Shown here: piece by piece, positions 42,001-57,000 of the stretch
Numbering within the stretch: position 1 is the first letter of the stretch
Layout: every line of letters starts with the position of its first letter
DNA from: Candidatus Omnitrophota bacterium
GTDB taxonomy: Bacteria; Omnitrophota; Gorgyraeia; Gorgyraeales; Gorgyraeaceae
DNA: 64,000 nucleotides
Assembly (NCBI GenBank): GCA_030691625.1
Contig: JAUYDX010000042.1
Location: 463 to 64,462, forward strand
Direction of reading: 5' to 3'
Translations under genes and position numbers: made by a program
The notes under the pieces: model-generated
Database searches by the model: none
What the model saw: the letters and a program-made list of their open reading frames with translations, nothing else
Told to the model about the DNA's origin: nothing

Positions 42001-45000
42001 GCTAAATTCATAGAATTTGTAAAAGAAAAATTCAGGGAGAACCCTGAGGAATTCCTAAGGATATCAGCTTTTAACACATCAGGAACAGCTGTTGAATGGA
42101 AGCAGGCAAACGGGCCGAACGCTTGGGTGGTTATTGCTATAGGTCATGACATAGAGAGAAATGGGGATGCGGATGGGTCAAAGCTTAAGCTCGCAAAGGA
42201 TATAACTGACAGGCTGATTACTACAGGAACAGGATATAAAAATACGCAGGCAGACGGCACCACTATCACAGATGCCATGATAATACCGTTTGAGCGCGGG
42301 TCTAACAGGGCAGCAGTGGAGCACAACATAGATATGTACGTGATATGCAGGTATCTTGGAGCGAAATTAGGAGAAAATGGAGATGGCAAGACGTACCGTG
42401 AGTATGCCAGGAAGATAGCGAATTATTTAAGAGCGCCTGCTGAAAAAGGCGGAGCCATTGTGACCAGGGTTATTGAGGAAAACGGCAGGAAGCGCGTTGA
42501 GACATTCCTGGGCAGGGGCGTGATAGATATATATAATTTTACGAAAAACGGGGATATCTCAGGCGGCAGATTTGATGAAGCAACCAAGAAATGGTTAGAA
42601 GGGACGTTTGACTATAATGTGGCTACAGACGCGCAGGCGTGGATGGCGTCCCTGGCCCAGATTTACAAGGATGATTTCCCGAATCTTGACCCGAGGGGTT
42701 TTGTGAATTTTATTGAGAGGAACTGCGCTGTAACAGTGGATTTTAGAGGCCAAAAAGCAGGCACAGTGGATTACTTTGATTTTGTAGGAAGGATGGAGCA
42801 GATAAGGCTCCTCAATCAGAAAATAAGCGAATGGGAAGGAAGAAAAAGGGATTACTGGTTTGGTACGAATTCCGGCGCCCTCAAAGGAAAAGAACTCCTG
42901 GATGCGGAAGAGAGGTACCTGAAGACGCAAGGCGGCGAATTAGCCCCGTGGGATGTCTTCCAGTTAGAAATAGATAATGCCAAACAGGAAAGAGCCAATC
43001 TCCTTAATGCTTTCAGGCAGAATCCAGCTGCAGCAGTGGAATTTATGACGTACATGATAACAGCGTATTATCATTCTGCTGAAAGGGCAGATGAAATGGC
43101 AGAGGAAGAAAAAGACACTGAGCATAAAGGCGCGGCATATTATAGGAAACAGGCGGAATTCTACGAGAACGAGCGCAATAAATTTATTATAACTGAAAAT
43201 GGAGAAACAGGGCTGGTTTATGCCAACCAGGAAGACCTGGATAAGGACGATAGCAAGGAAAAGACTCCGGCAGTAACCATATCTGCCTCATCCACAGCAG
43301 CCGCTGCAGCGGGTAAATATATAGAGCATATAGATCCGCAGACAAAGGTTAAGAAGGTGTTCGACCCATTCAGGATACAAGGCAATAAACTAAGACAGGA
43401 AACTCCTGCAAAACCTGCTGAACCAAAGGAAGAGTCAAAAGACAAAAAAATAAGAATATCAGGCGGAGCTCCTTTAATGATGGGGATGAATCTGGCTCTC
43501 CTGGAGGATGTAAAAGATGCGTGGGAATGGGCGCGCAACAATACATTTATCGGAAAGATATTTGGAAGGGCTGTAAAGAGCGAAGAGGTTATTGTACCTG
43601 CTGTAGAAATAGGCCAGGTGCTTCCTGTGGTAAGTTATTACGGCGAGACTCTGGCGTATACATTTGACGTATCAGGAAGGATCTTGAGAGATATCCTGTT
43701 GAACAAAGATAAAGAAGAATCGCAGAGACTCCTTGATTTTATGTTCTCAAGAGAAAAAACTGAGAAGGTATCAGGGTTATGGCCAAGCGCCTTTGATATT
43801 AAATACGGCAGGATGCAGGAAAATAATGATCCTGGTGGTCCTGCGAGCTGGATGATAAGGGCCAGGATGGCTGACATAGAGGCGAATGGGGATACCGCTG
43901 GCAATCAAAAACTTTCACAGATTGTAGATTACGCTGACAGGCTTCTGAATGGCATGATGGTGAAATATGAAGTAAATGGCAAAAGATTAGGGTTCTTAGT
44001 TACAGGCCCAGGCGCCATAGGGGTTTCTAACGAACATAATATAGACCATTTTACAGTATTTGAATATTTAGGGAGAAAGATAACAGGCGCTGACGGAGAC
44101 AGATTCAGGGACGCTGTCAGGAGGCTCGGTAATTACTTTGATACGCCTGTAAGCCAGGGCGGGGCATTGAGAGAAGACGGGGTATATAAAGGGATACCCA
44201 TAAGCAGTATCTCAGATATTAATATGTTTATCAGCGGGAAAGATAATAAAGGGAATAATATTGACAGGGAAAAGCTGGTAGGTAAGGAGATATATACTGA
44301 TGTCCTGGGCTGGGGCGCTTCCATAGCAGAGCAATATTCAACTTATTTTACCAACTTAGATCCGAGAAAGCTTGTAGATTTCGCGCTTGATGCGAGGAAC
44401 GGTATATTGGTGACTGTTTCAAGAGGCACCAGGATAAATGGCATTGAACTTACCAGCGATACACAGGGTTTTGATTTTACTGATACAAGAGGCAGGGAAG
44501 GTATCAGCAGTCAGTGGAAGGTCAAGAGGGCCCCGATGATAAGCAGTGAATGGACGGTATATATGCTTAGCGCCCTGGAGTATGCTGCCAGGGCCGCAGA
44601 CAGGGCAGGGGATAATGTCAATGCCCAGAGATACCGCGCTGAAGAAACGCGCTTAAGACAGCATCTGGAAAAACTCAGGATAAAGATAGGAGACAAGGAA
44701 GGCCTTGTATACGCTACAGCGAATGATGTCCAGAAGATAAATATAGGAGGGACTGAAAATAAGACCATCCAAAACTGCGTAAATTCCATTGCCATGGCGC
44801 CTACTTCAGCTTGGGAATTATATACAAATGGCAAGGATATATTGCAAAGGATAGAGATTACAAAAGGCGCTGTCTCAAGCCTTGTAAAGACGCTCAATAC
44901 ATCTTCAAGCCCTACCAGTCTTCAAGATTTTATACTGCTTTCACAGCATGGAGACGCTTCCAGGTACCTTGATTTTACAAAGGTTACGCCAAGGCCTAAT

Positions 45001-48000
45001 ACAGATGGCACCATAAGCTTTATGAGAGACGGCATGGAACTCGCTAAGCTTAAGACAAACGGCATATTAATAGTCAGGCAGTATGATGAGGCAAAAAGAG
45101 AGGAGATATATAAAGAGGCATGGACAGGATGCAGGATATTAAAAGACAGAAATGGCCGCGATTATATCGATATAGGAGTAAAGAGCAAGAAATACAGGCC
45201 AGCGGAACTAATGCTGGATGACTCCATAGCCAGCTACATAAGAGATAAAGGAACCAGATTTATTAGAGGCAATTCAACTGTTAAAGAAAACTGGCTTTTT
45301 GAAGATCAGGCTGATTATGAAAGTTTGAGGAATGCCTTGCAAAATAAGACTAGAGCTATTTATGTGGAAGAATCTGCGACTTCAGGCAAGCCTGGAAAGG
45401 TTAATTTATTCGTCAATAAAGATGCCATTATTCCTAGAGGCAGTTTTATAGGGAACAGTCTATCTCTCCTGAGGCCTATGGAAAGGAGCCAGGCATGGAT
45501 GTCAATGGGCCAGGGATTTGAGGAAAAGGTCAGGAGTAATATAAGGTCTAAAGGCGTTGAGGTATTTAACAGTCAGGAAAAGGCCCTGGGTTTCATAAAT
45601 AAGCTGGATAACGCGATAACCACCGCTACTCTTGAGTTTAATATGCTCCAGTCGTTTAGCGCGCCTCAAGCTTATATAGGCTTTACATATGCTGATAAGT
45701 CAGGCAGGGAATCCCAGCTTGGCAGGCTCCAGGCAGGGAATCTTGCCATTACAGCAGAGCTTGTCCAGCTGGATCTAAATAACAAGGTTATTTACGAGCA
45801 TCCAAGGTTAAAAGAAATCATAGGGTATTCCAATAGTCAGAGCGTATTAGATAGCCTTGTGGGGCAGGAAAAAGGCAAACCATTTAAACAAGATAGCGAT
45901 TTAGAGACATGGATGGCTAGATTAGATTCGCGTAAAAATGTAACAGCCTTTACCAATTTTATCTTATCCAACAATGGCGCAGGGGACATGCTCAGGCACA
46001 AGACATCAACAATGGTGTATCATGGCTATTCTGAGGCGCTTCGCTTTGATAAAAACGGCTTTAGCTTTACAGATACATCAAATACCACTCATACCTTTAA
46101 ATACAGGGATAGCGCTGTCAGGACATATATAGCCAAGTCATGGATTTCCCCTGATGGCATACCTACTATTATGAATGTTAATACCCATCGCATCTGGCAG
46201 GAGCTCAGGGATGAATATGACAGGCCAAAACTTATATTTAACGGCGAACTGAATCCTGACGGGACATTTGGCCAGGAGTCAGTGACCATAAACTGCTATA
46301 AGGCGAATGAGTCAGAAGACCCTGATAATATTTATACCCAGATCCAGCTTGACAGGGCTAGGATAGATATTGACAGGCCTGAGTTTACCGCGCAGGAGAT
46401 ACAATCGCTGATAAATAACAGGACTCTGATAGCCAGGTCTCTAAAGTTATCAGAAAACCTGGAAGACAGCACTGTACTGTATGAAAAGCACAACTATTCC
46501 TATGACAGGTACAATAGATTCGCAGACGCTGTTTCTAATGAGCTGGTGGAAAGCAGCGCGAGGAAAGACGGCAGGATGCTGGAGAAGGCTTTTCCGGATG
46601 GCGCGCGGGATGTGTCTATATACAGCGATCTTGTGCTTTCAGATATCGGCATCCCAAAGATGACAGTAAGGTTTGTGGATGTGCCTGCTGCTGAAAGGCC
46701 TGCGGAGAAAGGCATATCAGAAGTTTCAGTGGCAACAAATCTGGACACAACCACAGGCAGTCTCAGGATCACAAAATTGAAATTAATGCCGGATAAAGGC
46801 ATTGTTTTTGACAAGCAGGGATTTGAGCGGGACGGGTTTGTGAAGCCTGTATTTTCCAGCCATATCATGGGGCTTCAGGAGGAGATAAAGAACAATAAAG
46901 GCCAGGGCGTAATAACCCTGCTCGGCTATCCTTCAATGGAAGTGAATGAGGCCGGAGAGCCCTTGACCGCCCCAAGATTAGCGGCGTTTTCTGATTTTGA
47001 CGCCTTTAATACGCTTAAAAACAGCTATACATTTAAAGTGGAATTAGATAAAGATGGGAAGCCGATTACAAACCCCGGCATATATATGCGGGGTAACAGC
47101 CTTGAAAACGGCTCATGGCTCAGCAAGCTGAATGATCTGCAGTTAGATATTAAAGGTATTTTTACTTATTACTTTTACGATAATCAGACAGCCAATAGAT
47201 ATGTGTATCTTAGATATGACGGCGGTATCAGCAAAGAGTATTTTGAGCCTAATAAGATATATCAGGGATATTCTAAAACTAATACCTATGACGCGTTTTC
47301 TCTTCCGGAAAAAGCCTATTATTCGAAAGATATATTCCCTAACCGCATTTCAGATTTTACAAAGTTTGGCAAGGATGATTTGTTTGCCCCTCCGTCTAAA
47401 TCCGGCGCAGATTTTAATTATGATAATGTAATATTTACGCGTTATCCAGGATGGGTCTTATCAGTTGAGATGCCGACAAATGGCAGTATTTCTTTTTCTG
47501 AGGACAACCCGTTTGACAGCCTGGAAAAGGCAAAAAGACTGCCATATGACGCTACCTTGAGCTTTAATGGGTTTGTCATAGCCCAGGCCGCAAACCATAA
47601 GGTGAGGCACCTGAAAGACGTGAAGGATGTAAGCCAGGAGATGAATATTACAGACAAATGGTCAGAGGATGCCAGGTCCAATAATCTATTCACCAATTTA
47701 GGGATGTGGGGGGATCAGTTTATCGCTAAGATCACGATCCCTGTGATCGGGACGATTGTAGCTGCTGTCTTATTAGGGGTTTTCGGAAAAAGATTTTTTA
47801 GAAAAGCAGGCATTGTTATAGGCGCCCTGGTCTTAGTGAACCTGTTCGGCCATCCTCTGAATATTATTTTTATGGCGCTTGGCATTGGCACCGCTGTTCT
47901 TGGGATATCAATGGCGGTAGAAACTATTATAGGCAAACGCCTGGCCAGGGGCATTGAAATAGGCGTTGGCGTATTATCCGGCACAGGCCTTGTTTTTTCT

Positions 48001-51000
48001 ATCTTCACTTCTTCCTATGGTTTACTGGCGTTTTTTGCGGCTATAGGGGTGATGCTGTGCATCACGCCTATAATAAAATCTATATTTGTGAAAAACACGA
48101 ATGAAGGCGGATATGAGAATCTGGAAAAATGGGATAAGTTGAAACCCAGGCTTTCTGAATTGATAGGCCATGTTTTTGGGATATGGAAGTGGAAAATGGC
48201 AAAGGTTATTGCTATCTCGAGCCTGGCTATAATATCTGTAATATTGTGGCCGTCATGGATGACAGTTGTGGTGATGGCAGGCATAGCTCTGACTGTTAAG
48301 ATATTAAAAGGCATCTTAGATAGCAGTGACAGGAGATCCTCTTTATGGAAGCTTGGGATATTTGGGGTTATCATAGCGCTTGATGCCCTGATAGTGTATT
48401 TCGCACCTTCTTTAAGGGAAAGCCTGATTAATATAGCCACAGAGTTATTAAGGGATCCATTAAGCTTTATAGGCGCATTGACAGCAGGGATAACAGGATT
48501 ATTATTCAAAGTTAAACCCAAGGCCGGCAAGCAGGTAAATATAAATATAGCCGGAGTTGGAGAATTGGAAAATTTGCTTTCTATGGCAAAAGGGCTTGAC
48601 AGAAATCAGGCAAGAAAACTGGCTGAAAAGATCATAGTCCATCAAGTTATATGCGGCCCGCTCGCGCTTCAGGGTATTGATACAAGGCAGTATCTGTCTC
48701 TTATTTTTGGGGAGAACGACGCCAGGATCATATCAGGGCTTATTGAAAAAGGATTGATTGTTACGCAGATTGAGGAAGGCCATGATTTTTATGATGACAT
48801 GGAAGCGCCTCCGCTTGATAAACTCATAGATTATTTGAACAATACAGCGCAGACATCTCAGGGAACATCAGATTACCCTGTATTTATAGCTATAAAGGAT
48901 ATACTTGATAAGAATCCGGATATAAGAGGGGCACTCTTGGAATCGCTTAAGGAACTTCCGCACAGAGATAAGAAAGCTATGGCATGGAAAGAGGCATTTA
49001 CAGGCGCTGTAATATTAGCGGAACAAAAGGCATTAGATAGATTGAAAAACGCGAAAGATAGTGACGAGATAAAGGATATATTAGATTCCCTTCCAATGAC
49101 AAGCCAGTCTATTATGTTTAAACGAGTTATTAAATTGATCGAAGAAAGAAAAGGACTGTTTAAAGAAAACAAGCAGCCTTTGGATATGAAGATAATCAAA
49201 GGATTGGCTGAAACCAAGATTAATTTTACAATCTTTACAAGGGCATTGGTAAGAAGGCACCTTGAAGAAAAAATAGAGGCCATCCTGAAAGAGCTCCTTT
49301 GCTCTGATGATAAGCTGGAGGCAAAGGTAAAAGACGATATTTTAGATTATGTGATTAATGACATAGAATCTGATTTATACAGGAATCCTGATGCGCTAAG
49401 CGGAGATGAAAATATAAAACTCCGCTCGGCATCTAAAATACTTATGGCTGAAAACCTGAAGGAAAGGGTCATCATCCAGTTCCTGAGGCTTCCGCTGTCT
49501 CGTACAAAATGGCATTCTTTCGGACAGATGTCGCTTCTTGTAACAGCATTGCCTTATGTAGCCAGGAAAGCGGCTGATATCCTTAATGATAAAGATGCCA
49601 GCCTTTCTAATAATGATAAAAGCATTAAAACTTTAGGATTCATACGTAACTGCGTGAATTTCCTTATACCATTTATGCTTGGCCAGGATTCAGCGTTCAG
49701 ACAGACCACTACAAGGGCGCCTGACGCGGAAAGAAACAGATACCTGGATGAATTGTTCCTGGAAGGAGATGTCAATGACTTATTTGCCAGACTTACCCAG
49801 GAAGGCATAGACCTTAGAGATAAAGGTCAAGTAAAAGAATATTTTGAGAATACCCTTAAGATATTAAGAGAGATAGGGGATATGTATGATATCCCTGGTT
49901 TAAAGGAGAATCCGCAGGAGGATTTCATCGGCAAATTATGCCAGGCTGTTGAAGAGATATACAGGGATAGAGACGAGGATATTTTTATAGAGTTTGGCAA
50001 GGCGCTTAAAGAGGACACATTCAGGCTCACAGCTAAAAAATACCCCGGGCTTGAGAGGAAATTAGTCGGCAAGACAGGGGTAATCGAATTATTTAAAAGA
50101 ATAGCCGTGCCTTTTACCGCCGCAGGTTCTTTCTTTGGCATAGAAGGAGCGAGGCAATGGTCAAAGGTCGCTGGCCTGCACCTGCTCCTGGTATTTACAG
50201 GCACAGTTCTGGTGCCTTATGCCGTAACCAGCGTATTTGCCCCGTTATCCTTTGTTTTTATAATAAATTCCATAGTACTGCCGTTCCTGGTATTAGGAAA
50301 GGCGGATATCAAGGCAAAGATATTCTGGATATTTGTTTTTGAGACCTTCAGCGTCTTCTACTTTGGTTTTCTCTTTGACATGATTATAGCAAGCGCCCTG
50401 CCAAAGATCGGATACTGGTTCAGCCTTGGCACAGCCATAACGCTTTTTATCTTTTTAGGGATAGGTCTGCCCACATTCCTCACCAGCTATTACCTGGCGC
50501 TGCAGGGAAAGATGAAGCGCGCATATGGGTCAGACCTGTGGAGCAAGACAGCAAAGGATATAATAGGGAAACGCGCTTGGACAGAAAATTTCATGGGGAT
50601 TAACTGGGAAAAGACCTTCAAAGACTGGATTGAAGAGTTTTTCAAAGTGGAAGACGAGAGAGGCCCTATACTTCCTCAAGGGGAAAGCGTGAGCGAATAC
50701 CTGGAAAGGCTCCTGGAGAGGATGCGGTCTAAGTGGCTGATAAGCAAAGATGAATATGATGCCTGGAAAAAAGCAGTTACATCAGGCGGCAAGGAAGGGG
50801 CATTTAAAAAGCCAGCTGATGAAAGGGCCATGGAAATGCTTCATGAGACATTCATGACTATCAGCATGAAAAAGCCCAACGTGGACGCGCTTATGCGGCT
50901 TTCCGCCATTACAAATGATGTGCATCCAGCAGGAGAGGATTTCTGGCTGAGCTGGGAAAAGACAGCCAGACTTGGCACTTTTGACCCTATCAGCAAGTCG

Positions 51001-54000
51001 GAGACCGGGGCAAAGGATGCTGAAAAAGATAAAATGCAGGAAACATGCATGCTTGGCTATATTGCAAGGAATAACAGTCCATCATGGGAGAACAGCGTTG
51101 ATTATATAACTGATAAGATACAGGAAAGATTTAATGTCGTACCTGATGAAAAGAAAGATAAGATAAAAGAATACCTTAAAATTTTAAGGGGCATGACAGA
51201 GACTACGGATGTGTATAACTCTCTTTCCGGTATTGGCGACCCAAAAACCGAATTGATCATAATTAAGACAGTGGAGACATGGATAAATGAGATGATCCCA
51301 AGGGATTTCGGGGTTGTGGAGTCATTTTATAATGACACGATAGAGATGCACCTTTATATAGCCAGCCAGTTAGGGGATTGGGCATATTGGAAAGAGGTAA
51401 GACAGGCTGTGATGAAAGATGATTTTATTTCTTTGAGAGATTATTTTGAGAAAAAAGGCGATGAAAAATTAAAAAGGACTTTTTATGCTTATGATGAGAT
51501 AGCAGAGTCAAAAGTCCAGAATATATATCATGATGTCAGCATGTGGGCAGGGGATGGTGCGGAGATGCAAATTGACGAGGATAAGAAGGTGTTCAAAGAT
51601 TATAAGAGTGTGGATTATTTCATAGAGGTAATGCGCGGGTTGGCAGATAAGGACAAAAAACTGGCAGATGACATAGAGGCGGTTATAAATAAAGCTGATA
51701 AAGAAACAATGGGGAAGGATGAAAGAGATATATTGATGGGCTATAAGAAATTTGAGCCTATAGAATGGGCTGAGAAATTTATTGAACTGCGCGAAAGGTC
51801 TTTGCCAGACCTTATCGCGCTTAAGATAGATGATGAGGATTTCTGGAGCGCCTTTGATAAGCTTTACCAGAGGGCTAAGATGTTCGCAACCTGCAGTAAA
51901 TTTGATGTGGATGTGCCTTTGTTTAATAAGAGGGACAGCCTTATACCTCAGAAAAACCCCGCGATAGCAAGCTACAGATGGAAGATATTCGGAAAGACCA
52001 GCGGCCATGACTCATTTGTGAGGATATACCCGGGCCAGAATCCCTGGACATTGAACCTTCTTACCCTTCAGGGCAGAAACCTGGACATAGCCTGTGTCCT
52101 GCCGCCTATAAAGATAGCGTCTAAAGGCAGGTATTTCCCCACAACATATACATACGCTGTCGGCCAGGAGGCATTTACCTATGTGGTCCAGCCAGCGTGG
52201 AAAGGATATCTGACCTATTACGGGAAAGGCGTCGCAACGCCTGAGATCATAATGCTTTTCCAGACCCCAGGAGAAGACTCAGCCAGTTTCATGATGATTA
52301 AGAAATATTACCCTGAATTTATTTCAGAAAACCGCAGTTACAGAAAGCTTGAATGGGGCAGGCCTACCTTTGTGAGCACAGTGGCTTCAACAGAATTGAG
52401 ATACGCATATAATGTCGCCAGGTATTTTATGGATTATTCCACATACCAGATATTTTTTGACAAAAAAATAGGTTATGACACCAAGTTAGCGTTTTTAGTA
52501 TTCTTCATGCATTATCTTGTGGCGCCTTTTGTCATCCTGTCGTCTTTTTCCCTTATCTTACTGACCCTTGGCAGCGCCTACGCGTTTTTACCTGTGTTAT
52601 TGTTCGCGATTATAAATACCGCAAGCTCGCAGTTCATTAACCTCTCCAATTTCTCGCGCTATATGGTGCAGACAGGAAGCGCCGGCCAGGCAATTAAGAT
52701 GACATTCAAGGATATCTTGTCCGGATTCTCCATGTGGGTATTCATGTTCCCGCTTTTCTTCCAGGGCCTGTGGAACGCCTCAAATGAGGTGTATTCCTAT
52801 ATCAGGACAGAAAAGAAGGTGGCGCTATCTGAGTTCAGGGAGAACAGCGATGAGCAGATCTATGTAAAGGCGATGAAATGGGGCGCTATATATGGATGGC
52901 TGGGGATCATCGCGATAGCTATCCTGGTGGCTGAGGCAGGCCTTATCGGCTCTATATTCGCGCCTTTTATCATGGGCCTTTATATCCTTTCTGTAAACGC
53001 GTGGGTTTCAGGGATATTGAGTTACAGTAAGTATGAGGAAAAGGAGGAGGCAGGGAAGATATTGCAAGTCAGGTTAAAAGGATTTTCAGCAGGGAGTTTC
53101 TTTATAAAAGGTATTTCTTTTACCTTTATAAAAATCTCCAGGGATCTATGGGGCGCGTTCTTAGACTGGGCATTGTCCATGCTTAAAAGGAGCCTGCCAC
53201 CTAAATTGTCTTATACAGGCGACGCGAGAAATGAAAAGTTAGCTAATAAAGCGATAGAGGACGCTGAAAAAGAGGATAAGGTGCTGGATGCTGAAGAGGA
53301 ATCCATAGAGATAAATCTGCCGCAAGGAGAAAAGAAAGAAGTAGATATCAGGGTCAAGGATGTTATAGATACATCGTATCTCTGGAGAGGAAGAGGAGCG
53401 AACAGGACTCACTGGGAATATCTGGATGTCATTAACGGGATTATTTATATATCTGACAGCTCTTATGAATATGAAGGCCTAAGGGAGTTGATACTTGGTC
53501 AGGCCGCAGCTGAACTATACATGTGGAGGCAAAAGGCAATAGAGCTGGCAGGTTACCATGATAAAACGTGGGACAATCTGGCTGGTAGAGAGAAGAATAA
53601 GGCCATGAAGCGCCTCAGAGACTGGCAACTGCGCAATCCAGAAGCTGCGGCAAATTACGGCAGACACTGCAAGGAAGAGGCAGATAAGATCTATCAGCCG
53701 CTTATAAGGTCGCTTCTTGAAAAATATCATGAAGCTACCAGGCAGGATGAGGAGGAATTAATAAAAGGCCTTGTCATAATAAGCTTCGCAGGCAAGTATG
53801 TTAATATAAAACATTATGTGGACATGGCAGTTAGAGATATTATCCCTGAAAAGCAAGCATGGCCTGACCTTACTGATGATGAGAAGATATCTATCCTGGA
53901 ATATTATACTGATAAGGTGATAAGAATATCAAAAGGCATGAATCGCATATCATGGGATGAATGGAGCGATCTTCCAGGCGCAGAGAAATTAAAATGGGCT

Positions 54001-57000
54001 TCTTTGACAAAAGAGGAAAAAGAAAATATTCTAAGATTCTGCAGGGATAAGCATAATAAGATACCGGAAATAGAGTCTGCGGCCATTGAAGCTGAAAAGG
54101 CCAGCGATGATGTATGGGAAAAGTTGCGTTATAACAGGAGGCGTGACCAGAAAACACTTGAGGATATCATAGATGAGCTGAACCAGCTTACCATAGGAGG
54201 CGTTAAGCAGGGATATAAGGATGTTTCATCGCTGGATGATGCTGTTAAAAAGGCCGCTAAAGGGCTTGGCTGGGATATGGTATTTAAAGGATGGTCAGAA
54301 TTAAAATATGAGGATAGGAAGTTATTGCTTAACGCGCTATCAAGGTATAAAGACCTTAATTATGGAGAGATATCAGAGCTTGCGCGTCAAAGCTGGAAAT
54401 TCGGATTTAATGAAGATAGATTAAATCAACTGTTAGTAACAGGAAATACATTACATAGATTGATAGAAGAGGGGCAAGCTGATGAAAGAGACAGGATTCG
54501 AGACAGATTCTTCAGATTCAAGAGATGGTCTGAATTATCTGATAAAGAAAAAACAGATGTAAAGAATGAAATAGAGAGATTGTCAGGTGAGCCGCAAATC
54601 ACAGAAAAAGACAAAAATGCATACAGAAAGATATTAGAATTAATTAGAGAGTCAGGCAATAGGAATAATGAGATAGAGCCTGCAAACCTTAAAGATATAC
54701 TTAAAACGCCTGAAATTAAACCTGATGGGAGCGAAGGCGAAAAAGAAGACCTTAATAAATACAGCTGGGCAAATGAGTTAAGAGAACATGGTAGATATGA
54801 TGCGGTTAAGGGGATAACTCTGGATATGATTTTTAACGGCCATTATGGGGCGCATATGCTATTTGGCGGGTCAGCTACGCGGCTTGGGCTCGGCGCCATG
54901 TATTTCATAAGTATAGCAGAAACCTGCAGGAAACTGGTTGAGATAAAAGAAAAGATAGGTCAGGGTAAAACACCCACTGATAATGAAAAGGTAATCTGGT
55001 CCAGTTTTATAAAATCCATACCGCATCCTGCAAAGCAGGAACGCGTAATAGAAAAGATACGTAAGTTCTTAAAAGAAAAAGATGAGGTTTTATATAAAGA
55101 TTCTGGTTTTAGTGAAGAAGATATAGCCGCTTACAGGCATCGCTTAGAAGAGTTGATAAGCGATGCGAGAAGGAAGGACGCCAATCCAAAGGCAGTAATG
55201 GCTCATATAAAGGATTTCTTAAACTCAACAGAGGTTAAAGAAAAAGGCTTGCCAGGCACGGGGATTGATCAGATAGCTATTTACAGGCAGAGTTTGGGAG
55301 AATTGATAAATAAGGCGGAGAGAAAAGACGCTAAGCCTGAAGCAGTAATAGCTGATGTACGCGGATTATTAAAAAAGATCCAGGAAAGTATTTCAGGTGA
55401 AGACCCTGGGTTAGGGCCTAATCAGATTATCGCTTACAGGATGCGCATAGAGGAATTGGCAAAGGCAGCTGGAAAGGCCGCGGATGAGATAAAAGCGATT
55501 ATAAATAAACAGGTATTAGTCCTGCATGTGAACGCTTCGCTTTTGCGCAAGATAACAGAAGACCTTAGAAAGAATGATTTCTACGGGTTTAACCCGGATA
55601 ATGTGTATGTGATACCTTCGCCCATGATTCTTGGCCACAGGCTTGGCAAAAGGCGCGGGGAATTTATCCTTGACCTGGACAGCCCAAGGCTTGTTGTGGG
55701 CCATGGAGAGGCATTTGAGCAGTTATTCCGCAAGGACCAGGTTTATCAGGCAGGCGAAGACGGGAAACCCGTAAAGGTAATGGGAAGATCAGCAGAAGAG
55801 ATACTTGAGGAAAAAGGCGTAGATGTCTTTTGCGCCCAGAGGATAAATAATCTTAAGATGTGGACAGACGAGGTCTTGACCCTTGAGGCTGTTATGCATT
55901 TTGCGGATGACCCAAACCTTGATCTACAGGTAATGCTGGTGGCTAATCCTACGCGCCAGAAAGGCGGTTCGTGGTCATATATAAGGGGAAATAATACCTA
56001 TGGCCTGGTGGAGTCGCTCAGCTTAAAGGCAAACGGCATCAAAGAAATACAGAACACCCCTCCAGAATCTTACAATGAGTTTACTAATTGGTATAGATTG
56101 AAACAGATAAAGAGCAGGTTAAATGTAAAGAGCGGCATAGAGCTGGTGCAGAGATATATCAAATATAAACCAGATGACAGCGAATATTATAAACTCAGGG
56201 ATGGATATGGCCCGCAGGCGCATACTGACGCTGTAACAAGCGATTTAACTCTAAATGAGAGGTTGCGTTGTAAAGCGGCGCAGAGGACACCGCAGGATGC
56301 TATAAATGATTTCAAGGAGCTGAAAAATTTAGAAGCGGCTATGAAGGCTGTGCTGGGATTCCTTAAGAAGAAAAAGGAACACGAAGGCAATCGTCAGCCG
56401 CCATCAGGGTCTGACACAACGCATAATGAGGAAACATTGGGAGGGACACAGGAGTCTCTTGGGAGCAATATGAATCTCGTACCTGTCATTATGTCTGTTC
56501 TCATGTCGCTTGCTGTATTCCTTGATAAAAAAGTTTTATTCCCGCTATACTCTAAAGAGCCCATAAGAGAGGAATTAAGGCCCAGCTGGCAGAATCTGAG
56601 CACTGATATCATTCCTTATGTTATCCTGTTCGCGGGTTTAGTCAGTTTTGCGTCATTTTCAACCACAATAGCGGCAATTATAGGCCTGGCTGTAATAGAA
56701 TCCTTAGGCTTAAGCAAGTCTGTCCCAGACAGGCTATTCCATACACTGGAGTTTATGTCAGGCGTTGCGTTTTTCTCTTTATTGACAGTTATTACCTTGT
56801 TTGTGACAGCCTTAATAATACGTCCTTTTGAAAAACCTTCTACAGAGGTTTTAAAGCCTGTAAACCAGCATTTCTGGCAAAGAAAGCCTATATGGGGCTT
56901 AATAGGCAGGGTTACATTCCAGGAATTATTCTACACAGGCGGCCTGATAAGCATTCCTTCGATTTTAATGGAGTCATCAGGATTTAAATCTTATTATGTG

